From contig CAVRHW010000015.1 of NCBI GenBank assembly GCA_963721085.1, positions 47,443 through 111,442 on the forward strand: 64,000 nt of DNA, given 5' to 3'. This DNA comes from an uncultured Gammaproteobacteria bacterium. GTDB taxonomy: Bacteria > Pseudomonadota > Gammaproteobacteria > SZUA-229. A program made the position numbers and the translations under genes. Shown here piece by piece: positions 11,245 to 21,305 of this stretch (position 1 is its first letter; every line of letters starts with the position of its first letter). The notes beneath the pieces were generated by a model. The model was given only the letters and a program-made list of their open reading frames with translations, did not search any database and was not told the DNA's origin.

Positions 11245-11327
11245 GCGATTACTTATACAGCCCTGCTGCCTTGATTGCATGGCGCATGTGTACTACATAC
11301 AGTCAGGCACTAATTGTGGAGACAATC

Positions 11328-11531
11328 ATGCGTTTAATCGGACTTCTGGTGACCCTTGCGGTCGTCGGCTATGTCACCTACATGTATCTTCAGTCTTCGA
11401 ACATGACAACGGCTAACGGTGTTCAAACAAAGCCTGCCGAATATATTGATCAGGCGCACAAGAGTGTTGATGCGATTGATCAGGCAATGAAAAAACAGCA
11501 GGCGCAGATGGCGGGGCAGAAGCAGGAATGA
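11328..11531 (+). CDS. small membrane-anchored hypothetical protein
   Basis: GGAG RBS, N-terminal TM MRLIGLLVTLAVVGYVTYMYL. Confidence 0.65.
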   Translation: MRLIGLLVTLAVVGYVTYMYLQSSNMTTANGVQTKPAEYIDQAHKSVDAIDQAMKKQQAQMAGQKQE

Positions 11532-11826
11532 CAGGATAAAACTAGTGCAGTTTGTTCAGTTGTTGCTGTGGATGAATATAAGTAATCGCTATCAAATAAA
11601 AGCCAAAGTGTGATCCAGTTCAATATTTTTTCTATAAGTGGCTAGTTACTGGTAAATTGCAATATTGCTGAAGCGTATTTTATTGTAAAGTCTTAACCGG
11701 TTGTGCTCAGCACATCCGCATTATGGTTCTGGACGAGCCTGATCTGGTCGGGGCTTCAAAGCAGTCCAGTGGATGAATAGAGCCTTCTCTATTACATGAT
11801 AAATGCCCTGACAAAAGGAGTTTGAA

Positions 11827-12498
11827 ATGAATATAAAACACATTGCGTGTTTCGGCGCACTAAGCCTGTTTTCGACCTGCTCACAGGCCACCGTGGTTAC
11901 CTACAATAACCTGCCTGACCTGTTCGTGAATCCAGGTCTCAAAACCACCTACGATTTTGAAACCCTCACAGGTTTTCCGTCCTCAGGCGGCACGTTTGCC
12001 CACATTGGTACATTCAATGGTGTGAATTTTGATGCTAGCGCCTTTAGCTATAGTGGAGCGATTTCGGGTACGCAAACCATGACAGGAAGCAACGACAGCT
12101 TCAGTGCCGCAAATATTGATTTTTCAGGTGTGAGTGGCAATGTAGTCGGTCTTGGCTTCTGGGGGCTGGATCTTACAACTTTTGATAATGAAGCTATTGT
12201 TCTTGATGTTAATTACAGCGACAGCAGCTCTCAAAGTTACAACGTTACGCTCAACGGTGATGCTATGTTTACGCCCGAGTATTTTGGCCTGTACAGTAAT
12301 GATACCAGTCAGTCGATCACCAGTATTTCTCTTTACGGTACGGATGACACGGGTGCGCAGCGTGCATGGTTGATTGACGATCTGACCGTGATTACAGCGG
12401 GCTCTGTACCGTCTGTTCCGGTACCCGCGGCGGCGTGGTTGTTTGGCTCAGGACTGGTCGGTCTGGTCGGAGTAGCAAGACGTAAGAGCAAAGCATAA
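11827..12498 (+). CDS. VPLPA-CTERM (PEP-CTERM-type) exosortase substrate
   Basis: Signal peptide, S/T/G/N-rich body, C-terminal VPVPAAAWLFGSGLVGLVGVARRK. Confidence 0.9.
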   Translation: MNIKHIACFGALSLFSTCSQATVVTYNNLPDLFVNPGLKTTYDFETLTGFPSSGGTFAHIGTFNGVNFDASAFSYSGAISGTQTMTGSNDSFSAANIDFSGVSGNVVGLGFWGLDLTTFDNEAIVLDVNYSDSSSQSYNVTLNGDAMFTPEYFGLYSNDTSQSITSISLYGTDDTGAQRAWLIDDLTVITAGSVPSVPVPAAAWLFGSGLVGLVGVARRKSKA

Positions 12499-12522
12499 CC
12501 AGATAACCGGCATTGCCTCGAC

Positions 12523-12552
12523 AAAAGCGGCAGCCATCGGGCTGCCGCTTTT
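12523..12552. terminator. bidirectional intrinsic terminator
   Basis: AAAAGCGGCAGCC-ATCG-GGCTGCCGCTTTT between convergent genes. Confidence 0.85.
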
Positions 12553-12610
12553 GTTTATGATGATTGTTTGCATGCCTTGTCGTTTTTACTGTTGCTATGG
12601 TCGCGTAGAG

Positions 12611-13808
12611 TTAGTTGACCGGCTGTTGTCGACACAGACTGGCGTACATGGTGATTGCCAGCAGACCGCATGCAGCCATCACGCTGACCATGGGTACGAA
12701 AGTACCATTGTGCAGCAGGCTGGCCACGGTCCCGGCGATAGAGCCGAGTCCAAAGCGGGTGGTACCGGTGAAAGCGGAAGCGGTGCCCGCCAGCTTTGGA
12801 AACAGCGACATAAATCCGGCAATGGCATTACTCATAATGAGTCCGTTTAAACCGATATAAAAGGCTGTGGCGATCACCAGCAGCCATAGCGGTGGATGCT
12901 GTAACTGGCTGGTGCTGAGCAATAACAGCGATGCCAGAAGCATCAGGGTAAGCCCGAAGCGCAGCATGCGTTCAGCGCCAAAACGAGTGACCAGTCGTGA
13001 GTTGAGGAAATTGAGAATAATCAGCATCATTACGTTCAGACCAAACAGCAGTCCGTACTGGTTCGGCGCCAGCTCGTAAAGATCGATGTACACATAGGGT
13101 GAGGTGACCACAAAGGTCATGATCCCGGAGAAGCTGAGTCCGGCGGTGAGCAAATAACCCATGGCGACCGGGTGTGTTATCAGCTGTTTGTAATTACGCG
13201 CAATAGTTGCCGACGTGAAACCGGTGACGGTTTTCGACATGCAGGGTTTCCTGGATGACGCGGGTAAATAGAATGATGCCGATAAGTGCAATACCTGCGA
13301 GCGTAATGAAAACCCAGTGCCAGCTGGAATGCGTAATAATAATGCCGCCAACCAATGGCGCTACCAGTGGTGCGGTTGCCATCACCAGTATCAGAATGCT
13401 CATGGTGCGCGCGTATTCATCTTTTTCAAATACATCGCGCACCAGTGCGGGAATAGTCACCGCAACCGATGCGGCGCCGAGCGCCTGCAGACAACGCCCG
13501 ATCATCAACCAGATAAGCGTAGTTGATGCTGCGCAGACAAGACTGGCGAAAATAAACAGTGCCAGACCACCAATGATGGTGCGACGTCGTCCCAGTACAT
13601 CCGATGTGGGTCCCAGCACTAACTGCGCAACGGCAAACACGGCCAGGTAAGCGGTGAGCGTGAGCTGCGCTGTTTCGATAGAAGCATGAAGATCCAGCGC
13701 GATGGTGGGAATGCTCGGCAGATACATATCAATAGCAAAAGGCGTCAGTCCTGCGAGAAGACCTAAGGTGATGAACACCAGTGGATGAAAACGCATAGCC
13801 TTTCTCAT
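12611..13808 (-). CDS. Bcr/CflA-family MFS efflux transporter (indel near 13200)
   Basis: PFAIDMYLPSIP, GPTSDVLGRR; two ORFs join into a 12-TM protein. Confidence 0.9.
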
Positions 13809-13847
13809 GTAGATGCTGTCAACATTTATATGACAGTAATAAAGTTA

Positions 13848-13870
13848 TTACAGAGCGCAGCGCTCTGTAA
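13848..13870. promoter_or_regulatory. perfect palindrome, candidate operator upstream of efflux gene
   Basis: TTACAGAGCG-CAG-CGCTCTGTAA. Confidence 0.45.
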
Positions 13871-13991
13871 CAGCATGGTGGTGCGCGCATCGGCGCTAGC
13901 GGAAGTATGTTGAGTTCAACCAGCAGGCAGAGGTGATGACTAGTGTGATCGCCAGGGATCTATGGCTGCATTTTAGATAACGTTATTCTTA

Positions 13992-14582
13992 TCAGGTGGC
14001 AGGCGTTTTTTGCTGGCGGCGTTGATCCAGTTTTTTCATCGCGTCCTGGATCGACTGATTGAGCTGCTTCAATTTTTCACTGACCGATTCGCTAAGTTCC
14101 TGCGATCTGTTTTGTACAACGTCGTTCAACATGTTCACGCCTTCGCCCAGCGTTTTTTTCATTTGATCGACACTGCCATCCATTGCGCTGGATAACTCTT
14201 TCAGCATATTGTTCAGGTTCTGTTCCAGTGAGCTGGTCGCTGGTGGAATGTGTGTTTCATTCACGTCGACTTCCCATTGCCCATTTTCTAATACCAGTAC
14301 CGTATCAAACTGGGCCGAGCTATTGCCGGTATTAATAATGGTGGTCACAACGGCGCGGGTATCGGTGAGGGCTACTGCATTCAAAGGTGTTTTCTCATTG
14401 GCCGGAAGTTGCGCGTATTGATCGAAACTGTGTTTGGTGCTGGAAGACACCATGGATCGGGCTTTGGCGTAATCACCTGCCTGCATGGCCTTCCAGTATT
14501 GTTGCGCGACATCTTTTGGATCGGCTGCCTGCATACAGCCGCCGAGGAGCAAACATGCAGCGAAGGTCAATATTTTTTTCAT
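13992..14582 (-). CDS. hypothetical lipoprotein
   Basis: Lipobox LLGGC; coiled-coil-like C-terminus. Confidence 0.75.
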   Translation of the reverse strand: MKKILTFAACLLLGGCMQAADPKDVAQQYWKAMQAGDYAKARSMVSSSTKHSFDQYAQLPANEKTPLNAVALTDTRAVVTTIINTGNSSAQFDTVLVLENGQWEVDVNETHIPPATSSLEQNLNNMLKELSSAMDGSVDQMKKTLGEGVNMLNDVVQNRSQELSESVSEKLKQLNQSIQDAMKKLDQRRQQKTPAT

Positions 14583-14639
14583 GGTTATATTCCAGTACTT
14601 TGATGTGTTGTTACTGAACAGTCTGGATGAACGCGGAAC

Positions 14640-14930
14640 CTAGTTAATGGTGCTTGCGTTTTTTTCATCGAGCAGTTCCTGGTTGTCATGCGCATCCAGA
14701 ATTTTTTCAAAAATATCCAGCTCGTCATCTTCGCCTTCTGCGAATTCATAGCTGCCGGGATCGGCGCCCATAATCAGTTCGAAGTTGTTGATCGCGGTTT
14801 CCAGCTCGGGATTAAACTCCAGCGCCTTGATATACATGTTGCGCGCTTCGGTCAGAAACAGGTCACGAAAATCTGGATCGCGTTCGAGGCGTTCACGAGT
14901 TTCAGCTTTCTTTTCTTCGCTAAGAGGCAT
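14640..14930 (-). CDS. small acidic hypothetical protein
   Basis: GGAG RBS, ATG at 14930, 13 bp downstream of TrpD-like gene. Confidence 0.65.
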   Translation of the reverse strand: MPLSEEKKAETRERLERDPDFRDLFLTEARNMYIKALEFNPELETAINNFELIMGADPGSYEFAEGEDDELDIFEKILDAHDNQELLDEKNASTIN

Positions 14931-14943
14931 GGTATATCTCCGT

Positions 14944-16080
14944 TTATTTTTTGGCAGCGTTGAAATGCTGCAGGGCTTTACCGCTGTCGATGGCTTCACG
15001 AATTGTGTCAGCAGCTGCTTTCAGGGTATCGTGTTTCTGTAAATGCCAGAGCGCTATGGCGCCGGCGTAGACCAGTGCATCATAAGCCATGCCGTGTTCA
15101 CCACCGAGTGCGGCGAGTCCGGCATCGGCCGCCAGTCTGGCTGCCACTTCGGCATCGAAAGCTGCGCCGACATCATCGCTGGCCGGACGTGGTGGCAGAT
15201 CATCGGGCAGCGGAATTGCGCGCAGTTCCTGCTGAATCCCGATGCTGGCAGGATCGAAATCCTGGCCCTGTTCTTCACCTTTGTCGTGATAATAAAAAGC
15301 TTTGCCGGCCTGGCGCAAGGAAGGAATGATGCCGCCTTCAACACCGCGCACCAGCACGCAGCTGTCAAAACCCGCGTGTCGTGCCAGCATGGAATACACA
15401 TGCGTATAGGGTGCGTGCACATAACCGGCCATGCAATGCGTTTTGAGTTTGCCGCTGATCGGTTTGCTCAGGGTTTCGACCGTAGTGATCGCCTGGCGTT
15501 TGACGATGTTGGCGCGCAGAGCGGTCAGATTATGCAAAGGCGGGCAATAGGATTTTTGATCGACATAGGCCCAGCCGATGTTTTTATCAGCAATCTGCGC
15601 AGCCGCGGCCTGTACGCTGAGATCCACCGGCACACCGGCTGCTTTCAGAACACGATGATGAGTGATACCAAATTTCGGGCTCATGGTTTCAGCACCGTGC
15701 GACACGGTGGGCACACCCACCGCGGCCATCACTGCTGGTAAAAATGGAGACACCGGCAGACTGCGGTTGTAACCATTATAGGGATCAGACATGTCCAGTA
15801 CTTCGTCGACATCGGCTGTGACCGTGGTGCTGACATCGCGAATGCCTGAAAGCAGGCCTTTGTTTTCCGCATCGGTTTCGCGTTTCATGCGCAGCGCGAT
15901 TAAAAACACCGCGATCTGTACCGGATCGATTTCTCCGCGCAGTACTGCAGCCATGCCGGCACGGGCTTCTTCTTCGGCAATGTTCTTGCTCATGTCCGGG
16001 CCGGTGGCGATGCGCTGGATAATCGAACGCATGATGGTCTTCGAATCTTTTTGTAACAGCTCTTCTACTTCATTACTCAT
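14944..16080 (-). CDS. anthranilate phosphoribosyltransferase-like (TrpD2/YbiB-type) protein
   Basis: IATGPDMSK, FLIALRMKRET, DPYNGYNR, RGVEGG; canonical TrpD GTGGD motif absent. Confidence 0.8.
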   Translation of the reverse strand: MSNEVEELLQKDSKTIMRSIIQRIATGPDMSKNIAEEEARAGMAAVLRGEIDPVQIAVFLIALRMKRETDAENKGLLSGIRDVSTTVTADVDEVLDMSDPYNGYNRSLPVSPFLPAVMAAVGVPTVSHGAETMSPKFGITHHRVLKAAGVPVDLSVQAAAAQIADKNIGWAYVDQKSYCPPLHNLTALRANIVKRQAITTVETLSKPISGKLKTHCMAGYVHAPYTHVYSMLARHAGFDSCVLVRGVEGGIIPSLRQAGKAFYYHDKGEEQGQDFDPASIGIQQELRAIPLPDDLPPRPASDDVGAAFDAEVAARLAADAGLAALGGEHGMAYDALVYAGAIALWHLQKHDTLKAAADTIREAIDSGKALQHFNAAKK

Positions 16081-16092
16081 TCTGGTGTCCTC

Positions 16093-16434
16093 TCATATCG
16101 CTACGAGGATATCGTCGCCGTCGAGTTTGACGGCATATGTGTTAATCGGGTCTTCGGCGGGTTCATCGAGCGCCGCGCCGGTTTTCAGATCGAAGCGGCT
16201 GCCGTGCAGTGGGCATTTCACGCAGTCTCCATGCAAGGAACCTTTTGCCAGCGACGCGTCTTCATGGCTGCACATGTCATCGACCGCATACACCTGGCCG
16301 TCGACATAGGCCAGGCACAGGTCCTTGCCTTCATGCTGCACGCGCAGTAGCCGACCAATGGCGAGGTGGCTGAGACTGGCGAGTTTTACGAATGGCTGGG
16401 ACATGGCGCTCGGATCTGATTTCGGGTCAGACAT
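16093..16434 (-). CDS. Rieske-type ferredoxin
   Basis: CSHEDASL...CPLHGSRFDLKTG. Confidence 0.9.
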   Translation of the reverse strand: MSDPKSDPSAMSQPFVKLASLSHLAIGRLLRVQHEGKDLCLAYVDGQVYAVDDMCSHEDASLAKGSLHGDCVKCPLHGSRFDLKTGAALDEPAEDPINTYAVKLDGDDILVAI

Positions 16435-16507
16435 TTTAGCGTATTCTGATATGAGGTGCGATGTGCCGGTGTGGGTGGGTGAAAACCCGCAGGCAGGTAA
16501 TGAAATG

Positions 16508-16792
16508 CTAGATTGTCTGCCAGCGTGCAGGGTTGCGGCGTTGATGTAGCACCGCTAGTACCGTGATACGAGACTGGTGTGTCTTGAAATAGATGGCATA
16601 TGGGAATTTGCGGCATAAAGCTCGGCGTATTCCTGACAGAATGGTTTGATATATTTCCGGATTTTGTTCAATTTTCGTCAGGATGAGTTCTATTTCGCGA
16701 ATGAATGTAGCACCAAGCAGACTATTTTTATCTGCATACCATGTGTAAGCATGATTGATGTCTGCCTCTGCTTCCTTGCTGAGTAATAACAT
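16508..16792 (-). CDS. ParE/RelE-family toxin
   Basis: EAEADINHAYTWY...RRALCRKFPYAIYF...VLAVLHQRRNP. Confidence 0.85.
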   Translation of the reverse strand: MLLLSKEAEADINHAYTWYADKNSLLGATFIREIELILTKIEQNPEIYQTILSGIRRALCRKFPYAIYFKTHQSRITVLAVLHQRRNPARWQTI

Positions 16793-16796
16793 GTGG

Positions 16797-17013
16797 TTAG
16801 CCAGAGCATGCGTTTCTTTACTTCTGCCCAGGGGGAACCGGAATCCGGATTGGCGTGGTATGCCTTGAGACGAGAGTTTAGTTCTTGTTTGTGCCATTCA
16901 GGTATCTCAACAGATTCTGGCAAATCTGCTATGGAATCCCACAAGTCCTCGACCAGTTGAATACGGTCATTCACAGGCATGGCAGCGATTTCAGCAGCGG
17001 TCAGGTTTTTCAT
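16797..17013 (-). CDS. addiction-module antitoxin (TIGR02574-like)
   Basis: RIQLVEDLWDSI, PEWHKQEL, WAEVKKR; probable stop at 16797 masked by indel. Confidence 0.85.
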
Positions 17014-17062
17014 AGTGACTCCCAAATCCGTTAGTTACAAATCCTAGCATGAAAATCAGCAA

Positions 17063-17561
17063 TCAGCCCAGCAAGGTTTTTTTCGCCTTGTTGAGCTGCG
17101 CCGCAAGATAATCCGAACCGCCACGATCAGGATGCACTTTTTGCATCATGCGTTTGTGTGCACTGATAATGTCTTCGCGTGTCGCGCCGGGCTTGAGCCC
17201 CAGGATATCGAGCGCTTCTTGCTGTGACATGGTGTTGTTTGGCTGTGCCTTGCGCTGTTGTCCGGCACCATTCCCGGATGCCTGGTTTGACTGGGTTTGT
17301 TTGTAAAAATGGCTGAGCATGGGTAAATATTTCAGCAGATTTGGCACTGCACGTGTCAGCATCGCGATGGCGCCACCGATGACCGCAGTGATCGCATTGA
17401 GATGGCCGGTGATGCGCGAGCAGCGCAAGACCGCCGAGTACGCCCCAGACGATCGTGGTCAGTACCAGTTTTTTGCGTTGCTGCTCATTGGCCTCGTTAA
17501 ATTTGTTCCAGACGATGAGGCCGATCGCAATAATCGTAATCAGTAAAACAAGGCGTACCAT
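17063..17561 (-). CDS. membrane-anchored J-domain protein (indel near 17415)
   Basis: EALDILGL...KVHPDRGGSDYLAAQLNKAK; N-terminal TM segments. Confidence 0.85.
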
Positions 17562-17570
17562 GATTAGATA

Positions 17571-18443
17571 TTAACCGGCGAGCGCGTGTTTCACGGTGCT
17601 GCCAATCTCCGCAGGATTGCGTACCACGTGCACACCGAGCGCTTCCATCGCGTTCATTTTTGCTACCGCAGTATCCGATTCGCCGGAAATGATCGCGCCC
17701 GCGTGACCCATGCGACGTCCCGGCGGTGCCGACACGCCCGCGATAAAACCAATCACCGGTTTGCTCATGTTGTCTTTTGCCCAGCGCGCAGCATCGACTT
17801 CCTGCTGGCCGCCGATTTCACCGATCAGCACCACCGCGTCGGTGTCAGGGTCATCGTTGAACGCGCTCAATACATCGACAAAGTTGGCGCCATTGATAGG
17901 ATCGCCGCCCACACCCACGCTGGTCGACTGGCCAAAGCCCAGCGCGGTCATCTGCGCGACCGCTTCATAATTTAATGTACCCGAACGCGATACCACACCG
18001 ATGCGCCCGGGCATGTAAATGCTCGCAGGCATAATGCCCACCTTGCACTCACCGGGAGTGATCACGCCCGCAGTGTTGGGGCCGAAGATAATCGCATCGT
18101 GGCCGATCAGATAACGTTTGACCCGCACCATGTCCTGCACCGGAATACCGTCAGCGATGACCACAATCATTTTAATCCCGGCCTCGATGGCTTCGAGAAT
18201 CGCATCGGCGGCAAACTGCGGTGGCACAAAAATACCGGACACATCCGCGCCAGTTTCACGCACTGCATCCGACACGGTATCGAACACCGGCAGGTTTAGA
18301 TGTTTCTGTCCGCCCTTGCCGGGCGTGACGCCACCGACAATATTGGTGCCGGTCTTAATCGCTTCTTCCGCGTGGAAGGTGGCGTGCTGTCCGGTGAAAC
18401 CCTGATAGATCACGCGCGACTGTTTATTGATAAAAATACTCAT
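17571..18443 (-). CDS. mtkB: malate-CoA ligase alpha subunit (SucD-like)
   Basis: GGVTPGKGG, SRSGTLNYE, RRMGHAGAI; in operon with mcl. Confidence 0.8.
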   Translation of the reverse strand: MSIFINKQSRVIYQGFTGQHATFHAEEAIKTGTNIVGGVTPGKGGQKHLNLPVFDTVSDAVRETGADVSGIFVPPQFAADAILEAIEAGIKMIVVIADGIPVQDMVRVKRYLIGHDAIIFGPNTAGVITPGECKVGIMPASIYMPGRIGVVSRSGTLNYEAVAQMTALGFGQSTSVGVGGDPINGANFVDVLSAFNDDPDTDAVVLIGEIGGQQEVDAARWAKDNMSKPVIGFIAGVSAPPGRRMGHAGAIISGESDTAVAKMNAMEALGVHVVRNPAEIGSTVKHALAG

Positions 18444-19600
18444 GCCAGCGCCTCCACTGCCTTGCGCGCAGCATCATCTAGATCTACTGCGGTGATAAAC
18501 GGCAGACCGGAGTCGGCAAGAATTTTTTGCCCGGCTTCAAAATTGGTTCCTGATAAACGCACGATCACCGGTTCTTCGATCGCCTGTTCCTGCATCGCCT
18601 GCACCACGCCGGTGGCGACCCAGTCGCAGCGATTGATACCGGCAAAAATATTGAGCAGGATGACTTTCACGTTCGGGTCTTTCAGCACAATGCGAAACGC
18701 ATTGGCGATTTTTTCCGGTGAGGCGCCGCCGCCAACATCGAGAAAATTGGCGGGCCGGCCGTTGTGAAAGCTGATCGCATCCATGGTCGCCATCGCCAGA
18801 CCGGCGCCGTTGACGATACACCCGACGCTGCCGTCGAGCGCGATGTAATTCAGGCCATGGCCGGAGGCCTCGACTTCTTTCGGGTCTTCTTCGTCGAAAT
18901 CGCGGTACGCGGTAATCTCGGGAAAGTTGTGCACCGCATTGCCATCGAATGACATTTTCGCGTCCACCGCCATCAGTTTGCCATCGGCGAGCACCGCCAG
19001 CGGGTTGATTTCGGCCATCAATGCATTTTTGTCGCGGAAGCAACGGTAGAGTTGTCGCATGATGCGCACCGCCTGTGGCATCAGCGCCCCGGTGAGGCCC
19101 ACGCGCGCGGCGATCTTGCGGCACAGGAATTCGGGCAGACCGATCGCCGGGTCGACCGCTTCGCGGATCACTTTGTCAGGCTGGGTGCGCGCCATTTCTT
19201 CGATATCCATGCCGCCGGACGCGGACGCGATCACGGTGATGCGCTGGCGGTTGCGGTCGATGATCAAACCCAGATAGAACTCCTGTTCGATATCCTGCGC
19301 GGCTTCGACCAGCACACGCTGCACCAGTCGGCCTTCCGGCCCGGTTTGCGGGGTGACCAGATGCGAGCCGATGATGTGATCGGCATGCTGGCGGACTTCA
19401 TCGATAGAATTCGCGATTTTGACACCGCCGCCCTTGCCGCGGCCGCCCGCATGGATCTGGGCTTTGACCACCCAGCGTTCACCACCGATCTGCTCGGCAA
19501 TGATGCCAGCGGTGGCATCGGAATCGGCGACCCGGCCTTCGGGCACGGGTAGCTGGTAGCTGCGCAGCAGCTCCTTGGTCTGGTGTTCGTGAATGTTCAT
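18440..19600 (-). CDS. mtkA: malate-CoA ligase beta subunit (SucC-like)
   Basis: KAQIHAGGRGKGGG, NGAGLAMATMD, NIFAGINRCDWVA (Mtk-type rather than SucC NIFGGIVRCD). Confidence 0.82.
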   Translation of the reverse strand: MNIHEHQTKELLRSYQLPVPEGRVADSDATAGIIAEQIGGERWVVKAQIHAGGRGKGGGVKIANSIDEVRQHADHIIGSHLVTPQTGPEGRLVQRVLVEAAQDIEQEFYLGLIIDRNRQRITVIASASGGMDIEEMARTQPDKVIREAVDPAIGLPEFLCRKIAARVGLTGALMPQAVRIMRQLYRCFRDKNALMAEINPLAVLADGKLMAVDAKMSFDGNAVHNFPEITAYRDFDEEDPKEVEASGHGLNYIALDGSVGCIVNGAGLAMATMDAISFHNGRPANFLDVGGGASPEKIANAFRIVLKDPNVKVILLNIFAGINRCDWVATGVVQAMQEQAIEEPVIVRLSGTNFEAGQKILADSGLPFITAVDLDDAARKAVEALA

Positions 19601-19635
19601 GTCTGTCTCGGCTGTGTAATGCTTAATCTCTGGTT

Positions 19636-20598
19636 TCAGGCATGGGTCCCGATCTGATCGGCTTTTTTCACCAGCACCTCGGCCTGGCGGATCGAGGCGG
19701 CGTCGATCATTTTGCCGTTCAGTGAAACCGCGCCTTTGCCTTCGGCCGCGGCCTGTTTCATTGCAGCCAGGATCGCGCGTGCGGTGTCGACTTCATCTTT
19801 TGCCGGCGAGAACACTTCGTTGGCGAGCTCGATCTGGCTGGGATGGATCGCCCATTTGCCTTCAAAACCCAGCGCCGAATCCGAGCGCGCGACAGAAAGA
19901 TAACCTTCCTTGTCTGCGATATCACCAAAAGGCCCGTCGATCGGGCGCAGGCCATACGCGCGGCAGGCGACCACCAGGCGTGACATGGCGAAATGCCACT
20001 GATCGCCCCAGTGCGATTCGCGCACGCCGTGTTCATTGGGGTGCGTCAGCAAGGTGTAAGCCGGGTTGGCGCCACCCATATTGGTGGTGCGGGCCTGGGT
20101 GGACGCGGCGTAGTCGGCCACGCCGAAATGCAGGGCTTCCAGCCGGTCCGGACAGGTCTGCGCGATGGCTTCGACATTGGCCATGCCGAGCGCGGTTTCG
20201 ATCAGTGCGGTCAGGCTGACCGGGTCATAGCCGCGTGCCATTTCGATCTGGCTCATCAGGGTGGCGACAAACTCCAGCTCGGCAGGCTTGCCGACCTTGG
20301 GTACCAGCAGGGTGTCGATCTTGTCACCGGCCTGTTCCATGACATCGATGATGTCGCGATAGCACCAGGGCGTGTCCAGGCCATTGATACGAACTGAAAT
20401 CGTGCTTCGTGACCAGTCCAGGTCGTTCAGTGCGGCGATCGCATTTTTTCGCGCCTGGTCCTTGTCGTCGGGAGCGACCGCATCTTCCAGGTCGATAAAC
20501 ACTGCATCCGCACCGCAGGTCTGGGCCTTTTCGATCATTTTCAGGTTACTGCCGGGGACAGCGAGTTCGCTGCGGTGAAGTCGGATCTGCTTTGCCAT
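19636..20598 (-). CDS. mcl: L-malyl-CoA/beta-methylmalyl-CoA lyase
   Basis: RLHRSELAVPGS, LHFGVADYAAS, HWGDQWH, GLRPIDGPFGD, EGKWAIHPSQI. Confidence 0.9.
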   Translation of the reverse strand: MAKQIRLHRSELAVPGSNLKMIEKAQTCGADAVFIDLEDAVAPDDKDQARKNAIAALNDLDWSRSTISVRINGLDTPWCYRDIIDVMEQAGDKIDTLLVPKVGKPAELEFVATLMSQIEMARGYDPVSLTALIETALGMANVEAIAQTCPDRLEALHFGVADYAASTQARTTNMGGANPAYTLLTHPNEHGVRESHWGDQWHFAMSRLVVACRAYGLRPIDGPFGDIADKEGYLSVARSDSALGFEGKWAIHPSQIELANEVFSPAKDEVDTARAILAAMKQAAAEGKGAVSLNGKMIDAASIRQAEVLVKKADQIGTHA

Positions 20599-20783
20599 AG
20601 TGTTTACCGTCTAAAGACTTATTCCGAGGTTGCTGGTGTGGTGCGTATAAATACCAGACTACGCGACCAGATACAAACGCAGTTTGCATAGACCGAATCT
20701 GAGATGGCGAACTATGACAAAACAGTCATGTCACAGGGCAGCAATAAAAGCTGTTCTAAATTCATGACTCTGAGGAAATAACG

Positions 20784-21275
20784 ATGAAGCTAAAACAAGT
20801 GATGGTATTCACGGTTGCGCTGGCGCTGGCGTCAGCACCTGCCATGAGTTCTGCTTATGAAATAAATAGCGCCAAATTTTATGGTGGGGCCGGACTTACT
20901 TTTAACACCCTGGGTATCGGAAATGCGACCGGATTGCAGATTTTCGCAGGTTATAAATTCGATGCAAAAATCAACACCGATATCTCATCTGCGATTGAAG
21001 TGGGTTTTATGAATACCGGCAATTTCAATAATCGCTATTTTGGTGGCAGCAGTTCGGCGCAGGGTGTATGGGCATCACTGGTAGAAAGTGTGCCGGTGAC
21101 CAATAAGATCGATGCAAACATTCGCGCGGGCGCAGACTTTGGCGATGATGATGGTTTTCTGGTAGGTGCAGGGATGGGGTATCACATCGACGATAGAACA
21201 GATTTCAGAACCGAGTATGTGGTGCGAAACAATATCAACAGTTTCCAGTTTAACGTGCTGTTTCATTTTCGCTAA
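20784..21275 (+). CDS. small outer-membrane beta-barrel protein
   Basis: Signal peptide, alternating beta strands, C-terminal aromatic residue. Confidence 0.75.
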   Translation: MKLKQVMVFTVALALASAPAMSSAYEINSAKFYGGAGLTFNTLGIGNATGLQIFAGYKFDAKINTDISSAIEVGFMNTGNFNNRYFGGSSSAQGVWASLVESVPVTNKIDANIRAGADFGDDDGFLVGAGMGYHIDDRTDFRTEYVVRNNINSFQFNVLFHFR

Positions 21276-21305
21276 CAGCAAAAATCAACTGCCAGCAGGC
21301 CATCC

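Noticed and set aside
16508-17013. Toxin-antitoxin pair as marker of a mobile element
   Set aside because: No integrase, transposase or flanking repeats; a common solitary TA insertion.
17571-19600. Ordinary TCA-cycle sucCD
   Set aside because: The NIFAGINRCDW signature and position behind malyl-CoA lyase favour malate thiokinase.
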